A stretch of 64,000 nt of DNA, from assembly GCA_035635475.1 (NCBI GenBank), contig DASQAZ010000055.1, positions 9,035 to 73,034 on the forward strand. The letters are read 5' to 3'. Made by a program: the position numbers and the translations under genes. This DNA comes from Bacteroidota bacterium. GTDB lineage: Bacteria > Bacteroidota > Ignavibacteria > UBA10030 > SZUA-254. This document shows, in pieces, positions 24,782 through 34,663 of the stretch (within the stretch, counting starts at the first letter, position 1; each line of letters starts with the position of its first letter). The notes under the pieces were generated by a model. That model was not told the origin of the DNA. It saw nothing but the letters and a program-made list of their open reading frames with translations, and ran no database searches.

Positions 24782-24997
24782 GTGAAAATTTTTCAAGTTC
24801 GAGAGCTTCCGCCGCAGGAGCTGGAGAAGCGAATCAAGGACGAAGAGGAGAATCTCGTCCATCTGAAATTTCAAAAGGCGACGAGCCAACTGGAGAACCC
24901 GCTGAAGATCCGGAATGCCCGCCGCGATATCGCCCGCATGAAAACAGTGCTGCGCGAAAGGCAGGCTCAGAGCGCCAAATCGGAGAAGAAACCGTGA
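24782..24997 (+). CDS. rpmC: 50S ribosomal protein L29
   Basis: Trimmed from track ORF 24659-24997 to the in-frame GTG at 24782. [40 protein letters not shown]. Confidence 0.9.
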   Translation: MKIFQVRELPPQELEKRIKDEEENLVHLKFQKATSQLENPLKIRNARRDIARMKTVLRERQAQSAKSEKKP

Positions 24998-25284
24998 CAG
25001 GGACGGTTACAATGGATCTCGCATCGGCGTTGCGCACATCGAAGCGTAAGCTGAGAGTCGGGCGCGTTGTCAGCAACAAGATGCAGAAGAGCATTGTTGT
25101 CGCGATCGAGCGCCGCGTCCCGCACGGCCTCTACCGCAAGTATTTCCGGCGGACCTCGCAGCTCATGGCCCATGACGAGAAGCAAGAGGCGAAAATCGGA
25201 GATCTGGTGAAAATTATGGAAGTGCGCCCCTTGAGCAAGCGGAAGCGGTGGCGATTGGTTGAGATCGTTGAGAAAGCAAAATAG
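24994..25284 (+). CDS. rpsQ: 30S ribosomal protein S17
   Basis: 96 aa from GTG 24994 (GTGA overlap with the rpmC stop). The alternative ATG at 25012 is equally plausible. [23 protein letters not shown]. Confidence 0.93.
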   Translation: MTGTVTMDLASALRTSKRKLRVGRVVSNKMQKSIVVAIERRVPHGLYRKYFRRTSQLMAHDEKQEAKIGDLVKIMEVRPLSKRKRWRLVEIVEKAK

Positions 25285-25304
25285 GCTGAGACGCCCGGTA
25301 ACCG

Positions 25305-25673
25305 ATGATCCAGGAAGAGACAAATCTCGTTGTCGCAGATAATTCAGGAGCCAAGAAAGTGCGGTGCATCCGCGTTCTTGGCGGCCACGACCGGCGGTAC
25401 GCCGGCGTGGGCGATCTGATCGTCGTTTCGGTGAAAAGCGCAATCCCGGGTGCTGCCATCAAGAAAGGTGAAATGTCGAGAGCGGTCATCGTACGGACGA
25501 AGAAAGAAACACGGCGCAAAGACGGCTCCTTCATCCGGTTCGATGAAAATGCCGCCGTTCTGTTGAATCCGCAGGGGGAACCGAGGGGAACGCGCATCTT
25601 TGGCCCCGTTGCGAGAGAATTACGGGATAAGAATTATATGAAGATCATCTCGCTGGCGCCGGAAGTTTTATGA
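25305..25673 (+). CDS. rplN: 50S ribosomal protein L14
   Basis: 122 aa. [27 protein letters not shown]. Confidence 0.97.
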   Translation: MIQEETNLVVADNSGAKKVRCIRVLGGHDRRYAGVGDLIVVSVKSAIPGAAIKKGEMSRAVIVRTKKETRRKDGSFIRFDENAAVLLNPQGEPRGTRIFGPVARELRDKNYMKIISLAPEVL

Positions 25674-25993
25674 AAATCCATAAGAATGATAACGTAAAGG
25701 TCATTGCCGGGAATTCGCGGGGGAAAACCGGAAAAGTTCTCAAGGTTTTTCGAGAAGAGCGGCGGGTGATCATCGAAGGCGTGAACATCATTCGTCGTCA
25801 CTCGAGGCCTTCGCAGAAAAATCCGCAGGGAGGGATCGTCCAGAAGGAAGCGCCGGTGACCGCGGCGAACGTCATGGTGATTTGCCCGAAATGCAGCACG
25901 CCATCGCGGCTGGGGCATAAGCCCGTGACCGATTCAACGACCGGGAGAAAGCACATGATGCGCGTCTGCCGCAATTGCGAAGAAATGTTTTAG
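25670..25993 (+). CDS. rplX: 50S ribosomal protein L24 (Cys4-containing C-terminal part)
   Basis: 107 aa. KOW motif [20 protein letters not shown]72-P-K-C75 and C100-R-N-C103. ATGA overlap with rplN. Confidence 0.95.
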   Translation: MKIHKNDNVKVIAGNSRGKTGKVLKVFREERRVIIEGVNIIRRHSRPSQKNPQGGIVQKEAPVTAANVMVICPKCSTPSRLGHKPVTDSTTGRKHMMRVCRNCEEMF

Positions 25994-26008
25994 CGCCTGA
26001 AAAAGCAT

Positions 26009-26710
26009 ATGGGAAAAGAAAAGCCAGAGAAAACAGAGAAGCCACAGAAAACCGAGAAGCCGCAGAAAACCGAGAAGAGTCCCAAGAAGACCGCGGCCGC
26101 CGCCCCTCAGCCGGGCGCCCAGGAAACCGGGGTTCCTCCGCGCCTGCACGAACTTTTTGTGAAGCAGCTCGTTCCGGATCTGATGAAGCGATTCAAGTAT
26201 TCGAATGTCATGCAGGTTCCGAGACTCGAAAAGATCGCCGTCAACGTCGGCGTGGGCCAGGCATCGCAGGATTCGAAATTACTCGACGTCGTTGTGAAGG
26301 ACCTCGAAACGATTGTCGGCCAGAAAGTCGTAACGACGAAGGCGAAGAAGGCGATTTCGAATTTCAAATTGCGCGAAGGTCTGCCGATCGGCGCAAGAGT
26401 CACGCTCCGGAAACACCGGATGTATGAGTTCATGGACCGTTTTATCAGCATCGCAGTGCCCAGGATCCGCGACTTCCGCGGCTTTTCCGATAAATCTTTT
26501 GACGGCCGCGGGAACTATACCGTCGGCGTGAAGGAACACATTATCTTCCCGGAGATCGATGTTGACAAAGTAACGAAAGTTTTTGGAATGGACATCTGCT
26601 TTGTCACGACGGCCAAGACCGATCAGGAAGCGCACGAGCTCCTGAAAGGGTTCGGGATGCCGTTCGTGAAGCGTGAGGAACCGATCGAACAGAAAACACC
26701 AAGCGCCTAA
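26009..26710 (+). CDS. rplE: 50S ribosomal protein L5 with an N-terminal repeat extension of about 44 aa
   Basis: 233 aa. L5 core from [34 protein letters not shown] onward. No alternative ATG/GTG/TTG between the repeats and the core. Confidence 0.93.
   Translation: MGKEKPEKTEKPQKTEKPQKTEKSPKKTAAAAPQPGAQETGVPPRLHELFVKQLVPDLMKRFKYSNVMQVPRLEKIAVNVGVGQASQDSKLLDVVVKDLETIVGQKVVTTKAKKAISNFKLREGLPIGARVTLRKHRMYEFMDRFISIAVPRIRDFRGFSDKSFDGRGNYTVGVKEHIIFPEIDVDKVTKVFGMDICFVTTAKTDQEAHELLKGFGMPFVKREEPIEQKTPSA
26018..26089 (+). repeat. about 4 imperfect 18-nt tandem repeats (consensus GAGAAGCCRCAGAAAACC) coding EKP(E/Q)KT
   Basis: Read directly: [24 protein letters not shown] at the 5' end of rplE. Confidence 0.85.
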
Positions 26711-26727
26711 CAAAGAGGAGATCAGCG

Positions 26728-26913
26728 GTGGCACGATTGGCGATGATTGTAAAGGCGAAGCGGAAGCCAAAATATCCGGTGAGAAAGCATAATCGCTGTC
26801 TGATTTGCGGCCGGCCGCGGGGGTTCCTGCGGAAATTCGGCATGTGCCGGATCTGCTTCCGCAAAATGGCCCTCGAGGGGAAAATTCCCGGCGTTGTCAA
26901 GGCGAGCTGGTAG
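26728..26913 (+). CDS. rpsN: 30S ribosomal protein S14, type Z (zinc-binding)
   Basis: 61 aa, GTG start. [21 protein letters not shown]. Confidence 0.95.
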   Translation: MARLAMIVKAKRKPKYPVRKHNRCLICGRPRGFLRKFGMCRICFRKMALEGKIPGVVKASW

Positions 26914-26930
26914 GAACAAGGAACAAGTTC

Positions 26931-27326
26931 ATGAATACGACAGATCCGATAGCAGACTATCTGACGCGGTTGCGAAACGCAATCCGCGCCCGCCATAAGC
27001 GCGTTGATGTCCCCGCTTCAAATCTCAAGCGCGAGTTGTCCAGGATCTTGCTGGAAGAAAAGTTTATCAGCGGCTATACCGATATCCCGGACAAGAAGCA
27101 GGGACTCTTGCGGATCGTCCTCCGCTCGTCCGATGGCATCAACGCGATCACGGGCTTGAAGCGTATCAGCAGACCCGGTCTGCGCGTCTATGTCCCTGCC
27201 CGGGAGCTGCCTCGCGTTCTCAACGGATTGGGCATCGCCGTGGTCTCCACGTCGATGGGTCTTATGACCGAAAAAAGCTGTGCCGCCCGGAAGGTCGGCG
27301 GAGAAGTTCTCTGTCACGTTTGGTAA
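26931..27326 (+). CDS. rpsH: 30S ribosomal protein S8
   Basis: Trimmed from track ORF 26805-27326 to the ATG at 26931. MNTTDPIADYLTRLRNA. Confidence 0.95.
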   Translation: MNTTDPIADYLTRLRNAIRARHKRVDVPASNLKRELSRILLEEKFISGYTDIPDKKQGLLRIVLRSSDGINAITGLKRISRPGLRVYVPARELPRVLNGLGIAVVSTSMGLMTEKSCAARKVGGEVLCHVW

Positions 27327-27350
27327 CCAGGAATTGAAGGAGCGTGAGTC

Positions 27351-27908
27351 TTGTCACGAATAGGACGTAAGCCGATACCGATTGAGAAGGGTGTCAAGGT
27401 CCAGATGACCGACAGAAATCTCAAAGTCGCCGGATCGAAGGGCGAGCTGTCCGCCCTGGTCCCCGCGAGTATTGTCGTCAGCATCAAGGACGATGTCATC
27501 CAACTGTCACGCTCTTCCGATACGAAGCCGGAACGGGCGCTCCACGGGACGTGGCGCGCGTTGGTTAATAACATGGTCAAAGGGGTCGCGCAAGGGTTTG
27601 TCAGAAAACTGGAAATCGTGGGCGTGGGTTACAAGGCTGAAATCAAAGGGAAAAAAATACAACTTGCGCTCGGCTATTCCCATCCGATACTTTTTGAGCC
27701 TCCGGCTGGGATCAAGATTGAGATTCCGCTGCCGACGAGTATCGTTGTCTCGGGAATCGACAAACAGCTTGTCGGCCAGGTTGCCGCCAAGCTTCGCTCA
27801 TTCCGGCCCCCGGAACCGTACAAGGGCAAAGGCGTGAAATACGAGGGTGAGTATATCCGCCGCAAGGCCGGCAAGGCGGCGGCAACAGCCGGAACGAAGG
27901 TAGGGTAA
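27351..27908 (+). CDS. rplF: 50S ribosomal protein L6
   Basis: 185 aa, TTG start. [16 protein letters not shown]. Confidence 0.96.
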   Translation: MSRIGRKPIPIEKGVKVQMTDRNLKVAGSKGELSALVPASIVVSIKDDVIQLSRSSDTKPERALHGTWRALVNNMVKGVAQGFVRKLEIVGVGYKAEIKGKKIQLALGYSHPILFEPPAGIKIEIPLPTSIVVSGIDKQLVGQVAAKLRSFRPPEPYKGKGVKYEGEYIRRKAGKAAATAGTKVG

Positions 27909-27915
27909 CGGCCGC

Positions 27916-28284
27916 ATGATCAAAAAATCGAGAGTTGGACGCAGGGCAACGATCAAGCACCGCGTCCGGATGAAGATCGCGGGGACGACGGATCGTCCGC
28001 GCCTGACCGTCTATCGCAGCTTGCATCATCTGTATGCTCAGCTTGTCGACGATTCAAAGGGTAAAACCCTCGTTTCCACATCGACCCTTTCGAAAGAGCT
28101 CCGTGAGGCGTTGAAGGGCGTAAAAGCAAAAAAGGAAATTGCAAAGCGCGTCGGCATGGATGTTGCAAAGAAGGCAGTGGCGCTGAATGTCAAGAAGGTG
28201 GTCTTCGACCGAAACGGATATCTCTACCACGGCATTGTCAAGGCCATGGCCGATGGTGCCCGTGAGGCGGGGCTGGAGTTTTGA
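27916..28284 (+). CDS. rplR: 50S ribosomal protein L18
   Basis: 122 aa. [46 protein letters not shown]. Confidence 0.96.
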   Translation: MIKKSRVGRRATIKHRVRMKIAGTTDRPRLTVYRSLHHLYAQLVDDSKGKTLVSTSTLSKELREALKGVKAKKEIAKRVGMDVAKKAVALNVKKVVFDRNGYLYHGIVKAMADGAREAGLEF

Positions 28285-28303
28285 AATTCGCAGAGGTTTC
28301 CAC

Positions 28304-28374
28304 TGCCGGGTCGTCTAATGGCAGGACAGCGGCCTTTGGAGCCGTCAGTGGAGGTTCGAATCCTCCCCCGGCAG
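28304..28374 (+). tRNA. tRNA-Gln (anticodon TTG) inside the spc operon
   Basis: Hand-folded: TGCCGGG/CCCGGCA acceptor (U1-A72), GTCT-AATGGCA-GGAC D arm, GCGGC-CTTTGGA-GCCGT anticodon arm, CAGT variable, GGAGG-TTCGAAT-CCTCC T arm, discriminator G. 71 nt. Confidence 0.85.
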
Positions 28375-28412
28375 CACGAAACGACATAATTAAAAACTCG
28401 GAGTAACTCTCT

Positions 28413-28946
28413 GTGGCAAGAATCAGGGCTGGTGAGCTTGAACTCAAAGACCGTTTGGTGCACATTAACCGCGTCGCCAAAGTCGTTAAAGGGGGCCGGC
28501 GGTTTAGTTTCAGCGCAGTTGTTGTCGTCGGGGACGGCAACGGGCACGTCGGCATCGGTCTGGGCAAGGCGAACGAAGTTCAGGATGCAATTTCCAAGGG
28601 GATCGACGACGCAAAGAAGAATATCGTCACCGTGCCGGTCGTGAACGGAACCATTCCACATTCGATTATAGGAAAGTACTGCGCTTCGAGAGTCCTCCTG
28701 AAGCCCGCGTCTCCCGGAACCGGCCTCATTGCCGGCGGAGGCGTCAGGGCGGTGCTTGAATCCGCCGGAGTGAAGGACGTTCTCACGAAGTCAATCGGCT
28801 CATCGAATCCGCACAATGTCGTCAAGGCCACGATGAGGGCGCTGCTCACGCTCATCGACGCGCGGACCATGGCACAGCGGCGGGGGATGTCGGTCGAGGA
28901 GCTCTTTAGAACACCGGCGCCTGTCGCCGGCAAAACCGCACTTTGA
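28413..28946 (+). CDS. rpsE: 30S ribosomal protein S5
   Basis: 177 aa, GTG start. [36 protein letters not shown]. Confidence 0.96.
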   Translation: MARIRAGELELKDRLVHINRVAKVVKGGRRFSFSAVVVVGDGNGHVGIGLGKANEVQDAISKGIDDAKKNIVTVPVVNGTIPHSIIGKYCASRVLLKPASPGTGLIAGGGVRAVLESAGVKDVLTKSIGSSNPHNVVKATMRALLTLIDARTMAQRRGMSVEELFRTPAPVAGKTAL

Positions 28947-29131
28947 TGACGCGAAAAATCAAAATAACGCAGGTGGTCAGTCAGATCGATACCCTCGAAG
29001 CCCACAAGCGCACGATTCAGGCGCTCGGATTGGGCAGGCCGAACCGGTCGGTGATTAAGACCGACACTCCGCAGATCCGCGGGATGATCAACGCCGTACG
29101 CCATCTCGTCAAAGTCGAGGAGGTGAAGTAG
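28946..29131 (+). CDS. rpmD: 50S ribosomal protein L30
   Basis: ATG at 28946 (TGATG overlap with the rpsE stop). The track uses TTG 28943. KIKITQVVSQIDTLEAHKRTIQALGLGR. Confidence 0.93.
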   Translation: MTRKIKITQVVSQIDTLEAHKRTIQALGLGRPNRSVIKTDTPQIRGMINAVRHLVKVEEVK

Positions 29132-29136
29132 TCTCT

Positions 29137-29616
29137 ATGGCACCATCCGCATTAGGCAGTCTCCGCCACGCCGAGGGTTCCCGGAAGCGCACGAAGCGAA
29201 TCGCGCGCGGACAGGGCTCGGGGCACGGAGGAACGTCCACCCGCGGCCACAAGGGCGAAGGGGCGCGCTCCGGCACGCACGACCGGCCCTGGTTTGAAGG
29301 CGGACAGATGCCGCTGATCAGGCGGGTCCCGAAATTCGGGTTCCGAAATCCATTCAAGATCAAATTTCAGATCGTTAATGTCGCAACCCTCGAGAAACTC
29401 TCCGAGACAGGAAAGCTCAAGGAGGGAAAGGTGAGCCCGGAAATCCTCTATACAATCGGGAGCGTTGCGAAGAAGAATGCGCCGGTCAAGATCCTGGGCG
29501 ACGGCGAGATCAAGGTGACCCTCGAGGTGTCCGCTCATTCCTTCAGCAAGAGTGCGATCCAGAAAATTGAGAGCGCCGGCGGCAAGACAATCACCGTCAA
29601 GTTCGCCGAAAAATAG
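29137..29616 (+). CDS. rplO: 50S ribosomal protein L15
   Basis: 159 aa. RGQGSGHGGTSTRGHKGEGARSG. Confidence 0.96.
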   Translation: MAPSALGSLRHAEGSRKRTKRIARGQGSGHGGTSTRGHKGEGARSGTHDRPWFEGGQMPLIRRVPKFGFRNPFKIKFQIVNVATLEKLSETGKLKEGKVSPEILYTIGSVAKKNAPVKILGDGEIKVTLEVSAHSFSKSAIQKIESAGGKTITVKFAEK

Positions 29617-29619
29617 CGC

Positions 29620-30957
29620 ATGGCAAAGTTCAGCGACAGTTTTCGAAATATCTTCAAGATTCAGGAGCTTCGCCAGCGAATCCTGTTTACGGCCGGCCTG
29701 CTGATCGTGGTCCGCTTCGGCGCCCACGTGACAATTCCGGGCGTCGATGCAAAGGTCCTGGCGGACGTGATGAGGAACCAGACCTCGAACACGCTCTTCG
29801 GGTTGTATGATCTGTTCGTCGGCGGGGCGTTCAGCAATGCGGCAGTCTTTGCGCTGGGGATCATGCCGTATATCAGCGCGTCTATTATAATCCAGCTCCT
29901 CGGAGCGGTGATCCCCTACTTTCAGAAGCTTTCCAAGGAAGGGGAAGAAGGCCGGAAAAAGATCACGCAGCTGACGCGGTACGGGACAGTGTTGATTTCG
30001 CTGTTGCAGGCCTGGGGTGTCAGCGTGCAGCTCTCGAGCATGTCGCCGGCCGGGACCCCGATCGTCCCCCCGGGGGTGCAGGGGTTCGGGTTTCACATTT
30101 CAACGATGATCATCCTGTCGGCAGGCACGATTTTCATGATGTGGCTGGGCGAACAGATCACCGAACGGGGAATCGGCAACGGCATCTCGTTGATCATCTT
30201 TATCGGCATCATCGCCCGGTTTCCGCACGCGCTGCTTGATGAATACCAGCTTGTGAGCCAGGGGGCGCGGAGCCTGATCGTTGAGCTGATTATCATCGCG
30301 ATGATGGTCGTCATCGTGGCCGGAATCGTGCTGGTCACGCAGGCGACGCGCCGCATCCCGGTCCAATACGCCAAGCGCGTCGTGGGCCGCAAGATTTACG
30401 GCGGGGTGACACAGTATATTCCCATGCGCGTCAATACCGCGGGGGTCATGCCGATCATCTTTGCCCAGGCGATCATGTTCATCCCGAACACGATTCTGAC
30501 TTTTTTCCCCGAGAGCGAGTTCTTGCAGGGAATAGCCGGTTATTTGAATTATACTTCGATCACATACTCAGTCGTGTACGGGCTTATGATCATTTTCTTC
30601 ACGTATTTTTATACGGCTGTCGCCTTTAATCCGAAAGACGTCGCCGAGACGATGCAGAAGCAGGGGGGCTTCATTCCGGGGATCCGGCCCGGGAGGAACA
30701 CGTCGGATTTTATCGACAATATTCTTACGAAAATTACGTTGCCCGGCTCCATCTTCCTGGCGATCGTCGCCATCCTGCCGGCGTTTATGATCCGGATGGG
30801 TGTCACGGCGAATTTTGCAAGTTTTTTCGGCGGCACGAGCCTTTTGATCGTCGTCGGCGTCGGCCTGGATACGTTGCAGCAGATCGAATCGCATTTACTC
30901 ATGCGGCACTACGACGGATTCATGAAGAGCGGCAAAATCAAGGGCCGGAGAATGTGA
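29620..30957 (+). CDS. secY: preprotein translocase subunit SecY
   Basis: 445 aa. 10-TM pattern, LGIMPYISASIIIQLL. Confidence 0.97.
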   Translation: MAKFSDSFRNIFKIQELRQRILFTAGLLIVVRFGAHVTIPGVDAKVLADVMRNQTSNTLFGLYDLFVGGAFSNAAVFALGIMPYISASIIIQLLGAVIPYFQKLSKEGEEGRKKITQLTRYGTVLISLLQAWGVSVQLSSMSPAGTPIVPPGVQGFGFHISTMIILSAGTIFMMWLGEQITERGIGNGISLIIFIGIIARFPHALLDEYQLVSQGARSLIVELIIIAMMVVIVAGIVLVTQATRRIPVQYAKRVVGRKIYGGVTQYIPMRVNTAGVMPIIFAQAIMFIPNTILTFFPESEFLQGIAGYLNYTSITYSVVYGLMIIFFTYFYTAVAFNPKDVAETMQKQGGFIPGIRPGRNTSDFIDNILTKITLPGSIFLAIVAILPAFMIRMGVTANFASFFGGTSLLIVVGVGLDTLQQIESHLLMRHYDGFMKSGKIKGRRM

Positions 30958-31002
30958 CGGCGGAAGCGCAGGGCGTTGCGGGGTAGGAGGTCAACTGCGG
31001 GT

Positions 31003-31767
31003 ATGACGAAGGCGACCATCAAGACACCGCACGAAATAGCGCTGATGCGGGAATGCTGTTCGATTGTCGCAGAGGTTTTGAGAATCGTCCAGAAGATGAT
31101 CCAACCCGGGATCACGACCCGGGAACTGGATTCACTGGCGGAGGATTATATTCGATCCAGAAAGGGGGAGCCAGCGTTCAAGGGGTACGGTACTGAACGG
31201 AACAATTTGTTTCCGGCAAGCCTTTGCACCTCCGTTGACGACGAAGTCGTGCACGGGATACCGGGCGCGCGGGTGCTTCGCGAAGGGGAGATTATCTCGA
31301 TCGATGTCGGCGTGAAGTTGAATGATTTTTATGGCGATGGAGCATGGACGTATGAGGTCGGAAAAATATCCGAAGAGAAACGCAGGCTTCTTCGGGCCGC
31401 CGAAGAGTCGCTGTACAAAGGCATCGCCCAGGCCCGTGCGGGGAACCGCGTCCACGATATCTCCGCGGCCGTGCAGGGACGGGTCGAACGTGAGGGGTAT
31501 TCAGTCGTAAGGGACCTGGTCGGCCACGGGGTCGGCCGCAATCTCCATGAAGAGCCGGCAGTCCCCAACTACGGTCAGCCCGGGACGGGCCCGGTGCTGC
31601 AAGAAGGCATGACGCTGGCGATCGAGCCGATGGTGAACCTCGGCGATTACCGTGTCCGCGTGGACGACGACGGCTGGACAATCAGGACCGCCGACGGCTA
31701 TCCGTCCGCACACTTCGAGCACACGGTCCTCGTGACCGGCGGCGAACCGGAAATCCTTACGAAGTAG
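31003..31767 (+). CDS. map: type I methionine aminopeptidase
   Basis: ATG 31003 preferred over track TTG 30976 (TAGGAGG at 30984-30990). [32 protein letters not shown] and HFEHTVLVT motifs. Confidence 0.93.
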   Translation: MTKATIKTPHEIALMRECCSIVAEVLRIVQKMIQPGITTRELDSLAEDYIRSRKGEPAFKGYGTERNNLFPASLCTSVDDEVVHGIPGARVLREGEIISIDVGVKLNDFYGDGAWTYEVGKISEEKRRLLRAAEESLYKGIAQARAGNRVHDISAAVQGRVEREGYSVVRDLVGHGVGRNLHEEPAVPNYGQPGTGPVLQEGMTLAIEPMVNLGDYRVRVDDDGWTIRTADGYPSAHFEHTVLVTGGEPEILTK

Positions 31768-31775
31768 CCCGGTTC

Positions 31776-31994
31776 ATGGCGAAACAGGGACCAATCACGA
31801 TGGACGGTGTCATCACCGAAACGTTGCCCAATGCGATGTTTCGGGTCCGGCTTGACAATGGTCATGAAATTCTGGCGGTGATTTCAGGAAAGATGCGGAT
31901 GCACTACATCAAGATTCTGGTCGGCGATAAGGTGACGGTTGAAATGTCGCCCTACGATCTCAGCAAGGGCCGGATCACGTACCGGTACAAATAA
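31776..31994 (+). CDS. infA: translation initiation factor IF-1
   Basis: 72 aa. [31 protein letters not shown]. Confidence 0.97.
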   Translation: MAKQGPITMDGVITETLPNAMFRVRLDNGHEILAVISGKMRMHYIKILVGDKVTVEMSPYDLSKGRITYRYK

Positions 31995-32005
31995 GAGGGA
32001 ACTCC

Positions 32006-32119
32006 ATGAAGGTGCGATCATCGGTAAAACGATTGTGTGAAAACTGCAAGATCATCCGGCGCAAAGGCGTCGTACGGGTCATTTGTAAGAACCCCAAACA
32101 CAAGCAGCGTCAGGGATAA
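32006..32119 (+). CDS. rpmJ: 50S ribosomal protein L36 (Cys3His form)
   Basis: Below the track cutoff. [40 protein letters not shown] 32117-32119. Confidence 0.93.
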   Translation: MKVRSSVKRLCENCKIIRRKGVVRVICKNPKHKQRQG

Positions 32120-32141
32120 TCACTCGAAAGGACTGTGAAGC

Positions 32142-32525
32142 GTGGCACGAATCGCTGGAATAGACCTGCCGAAAACTAAACGAGCCGAGATCGGCTTAAC
32201 GTACATCTACGGCCTGGGCAGGACCAGTGCCCTCAAGATTCTGGACCGGGCGGGCATTGATCCGGGCAAGCGGGTGGGCGAACTGAATGATGAAGAGGTC
32301 GCCAGGATCCGTTCGATCATCACCTCCGACTTCAAGGTAGAGGGCGCTCTGCGCAGCGAGGTCCAGACGAATATCAAGCGGCTCATGGACATCAATTCCT
32401 ACCGCGGTTTGCGCCATCGCAAAGGGTTGCCCGTCCGGGGCCAGCGGACTCGCACGAATGCCCGCTCCAGGAAAGGAAAGCGGAAGACAGTTGCAGGGAA
32501 GAAGAAGGTACTCGCGAAGAAATAA
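32142..32525 (+). CDS. rpsM: 30S ribosomal protein S13
   Basis: 127 aa, GTG start. [25 protein letters not shown]. Confidence 0.97.
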   Translation: MARIAGIDLPKTKRAEIGLTYIYGLGRTSALKILDRAGIDPGKRVGELNDEEVARIRSIITSDFKVEGALRSEVQTNIKRLMDINSYRGLRHRKGLPVRGQRTRTNARSRKGKRKTVAGKKKVLAKK

Positions 32526-32545
32526 TCAATCGATCGGACACGATT

Positions 32546-32959
32546 ATGGCAAAACAGTCAACGGCACCGGGCCAGCAACCCGTTGTCGCAAAGAAAAAAA
32601 AGAAAATTCAAGTCGACGTTACCGGCAAGGCGTACATCAAGGCGACCTTCAATAACGTGATGGTCACGATTACCGACGTCTACGGAAACGTGATCAGCTG
32701 GTCGTCGGCGGGGAGAAACGGCTTCAAGGGGTCGCGCAAGAATACCCCGTTCGCCGCGCAGGTCACCGCTGAAGCGGCGGCGAAGGAGGCCTTCGACCTC
32801 GGTTTGCGGAAAGTCGACGTGTACGTCAAGGGGCCGGGCTCTGGACGGGAGGCCGGTATCCGGACGCTCCAAACGGTGGGCCTGGAAGTCATGAGCATCC
32901 GTGATATCACCCCCATTCCACATAACGGATGCAGGGCGCCGAAGCGCCGACGTGTCTAA
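32546..32959 (+). CDS. rpsK: 30S ribosomal protein S11
   Basis: 137 aa. [25 protein letters not shown]. Confidence 0.97.
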   Translation: MAKQSTAPGQQPVVAKKKKKIQVDVTGKAYIKATFNNVMVTITDVYGNVISWSSAGRNGFKGSRKNTPFAAQVTAEAAAKEAFDLGLRKVDVYVKGPGSGREAGIRTLQTVGLEVMSIRDITPIPHNGCRAPKRRRV

Positions 32960-32970
32960 GAAAGGAGATC

Positions 32971-33600
32971 ATGGGAAGATATATCGAAGCAAGTTGCCGG
33001 TTGTGCAGAAGGGAGCGACAAAAGCTCTTTCTGAAGGGGACGAAATGCTTTACCGAAAAATGCCCTGTCGAGCGCCGCGGATATCCCCCGGGACAGCACG
33101 GTCAAAACCGGCGCCAGAAGATATCGGAATACGGGGTACAACTGCGCGAGAAGCAGAAGATCCGCCGCATGTACGGCCTGATGGAGGAGCAGTTTCGAAA
33201 TTATTTTGAAAAGGCGCTCCGGAAAACAGGGCGAACGGGCGAGACGCTCGTGAAGATGCTCGAGTGCAGGCTGGATAACGTCGTGTACCGGCTCGGTTTC
33301 GCGCCCTCAAGGAAAGCGGCGCGGCAGCTCGTCGTTCACCGCCATTTGATGGTGAATGATACCGTCGTGAACATCCCGTCGTACCTCCTGAAGGCTGGTG
33401 ACCTTGTCCAAATTCGAGACAAAAGCAAAAAACTCGAGGTCATCCATTCATCAATGAAGCGGATGAAAGACAGCGCGATGCTCCCGTGGTTGAGTCTTGA
33501 CAAGGCGGCGATGTCGGGCACATTCCTGAACGTTCCCGAGCGTGCCGACATCCCCTTGAACGCAAACGAGCAGCTCATTGTTGAGCTCTATTCCAAGTGA
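32971..33600 (+). CDS. rpsD: 30S ribosomal protein S4 (Cys4 form)
   Basis: Trimmed from track 32929 to ATG 32971 (AAAGGAG upstream). MGRYIEASCRLCRRERQKLFLKGTKCFTEKCPVERR. Confidence 0.95.
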   Translation: MGRYIEASCRLCRRERQKLFLKGTKCFTEKCPVERRGYPPGQHGQNRRQKISEYGVQLREKQKIRRMYGLMEEQFRNYFEKALRKTGRTGETLVKMLECRLDNVVYRLGFAPSRKAARQLVVHRHLMVNDTVVNIPSYLLKAGDLVQIRDKSKKLEVIHSSMKRMKDSAMLPWLSLDKAAMSGTFLNVPERADIPLNANEQLIVELYSK

Positions 33601-33661
33601 CGCCGTCCCGCGGCAGCGGGACGTTGAATTGAGATCAATATGCATTTCTGGAGAACCTGAC

Positions 33662-34651
33662 ATGGTAGGAACAAATTTTCAGATGCCCGAAAAAGTCCAG
33701 CTCGACGAGGCATCGTACTCAAATACATTCGGCCGGTTCATCTTGCAGCCGCTGGAAAAGGGATTCGGGGTCACGATCGGAAACGCATTCCGCCGTGTCC
33801 TTCTATCGTCCCTTCCGGGGACGGCGTTTACAGCCCTGCGCGTTGAAGGCGTCCTGCATGAATTCTCGACGATCCCCGGGGTGGTCGAGGACGTGGCCGA
33901 GATCATCCTAAACCTGAAATCCGTCCGGATGAAGCTTTTGAACAAAAAGCTGAACCGGGTCGTCGTCGAGTTGAAAGGGGCTAAGGACGTGACGGCCGCG
34001 GACATCCAGCGCTCGAATCCCGAGATAGAAATACTCAATCCCGGACAGCACATCGCCACGTTGAACAGCGGCGCGGCCTTCGAATTGGAACTCCGGGTCG
34101 GACGCGGGAAGGGTTACGTTCCCGCGGAGGAAAACAAGTTGCCGGACCAAACGACGGGTGTGATCACGATCGATTCCATCTTCACGCCGATCAAGAATGT
34201 CCGCTACTTCGTTGAGACGACGAGGGTCGGGCAGCAGACCGATTACGAAAAACTGATTCTCGAAGTCGAGACCGACGGCTCCATCGCGCCCGATGACGCA
34301 CTGGCGCAGGCGGCGAACATACTGAAAGACCATATCCAGCTTTTCTTAAGCTTCGATATTGAGACGGAGGCCGCCGAAGAGATGCTGGAGAAGGACTCGG
34401 AGTTTGCGCGGATCCGGAAGATTCTGCAGATGAACGTCGACGAACTTGAATTGTCCGTCAGGTCTCACAATTGCCTGAGGGCGGCCAATATTAAAACTAT
34501 TGCAGATCTTGTCCGCCGGGGGGAACCGGAGCTGCTGAAATTCCGAAATTTCGGCCGAAAGTCCCTCGCGGAACTCTCGGAGATCATCGAACAATTCGGG
34601 CTCAGCTTTGGGATGGATGTCGAGAAATATCTGCACGATTCCAATAATTAA
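33662..34651 (+). CDS. rpoA: DNA-directed RNA polymerase subunit alpha
   Basis: Trimmed from track 33578 to ATG 33662. GRFILQPLEKGFGVTIGNAFRRVLLSSLPG. C-terminal domain LELSVRSHNCLRAANIKTIADL. Confidence 0.96.
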   Translation: MVGTNFQMPEKVQLDEASYSNTFGRFILQPLEKGFGVTIGNAFRRVLLSSLPGTAFTALRVEGVLHEFSTIPGVVEDVAEIILNLKSVRMKLLNKKLNRVVVELKGAKDVTAADIQRSNPEIEILNPGQHIATLNSGAAFELELRVGRGKGYVPAEENKLPDQTTGVITIDSIFTPIKNVRYFVETTRVGQQTDYEKLILEVETDGSIAPDDALAQAANILKDHIQLFLSFDIETEAAEEMLEKDSEFARIRKILQMNVDELELSVRSHNCLRAANIKTIADLVRRGEPELLKFRNFGRKSLAELSEIIEQFGLSFGMDVEKYLHDSNN

Positions 34652-34663
34652 GGCACGAGGACG

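Noticed and set aside
26805-27326. N-terminally extended track ORFs for rpsH (26805), rpsD (32929), rpoA (33578), rpmC (24659), map (30976), the MsbA-like gene (39388), GT9 (43252) and DUF1844 (44434)
   Set aside because: The extensions overlap the preceding gene and lack homology. Internal starts with Shine-Dalgarno sequences or stop/start coupling reproduce the conserved N-termini, so the shorter coordinates were used.
30958-31002. No adk between secY and map
   Set aside because: Absence of adenylate kinase from this position is a common lineage variation of the spc operon tail.
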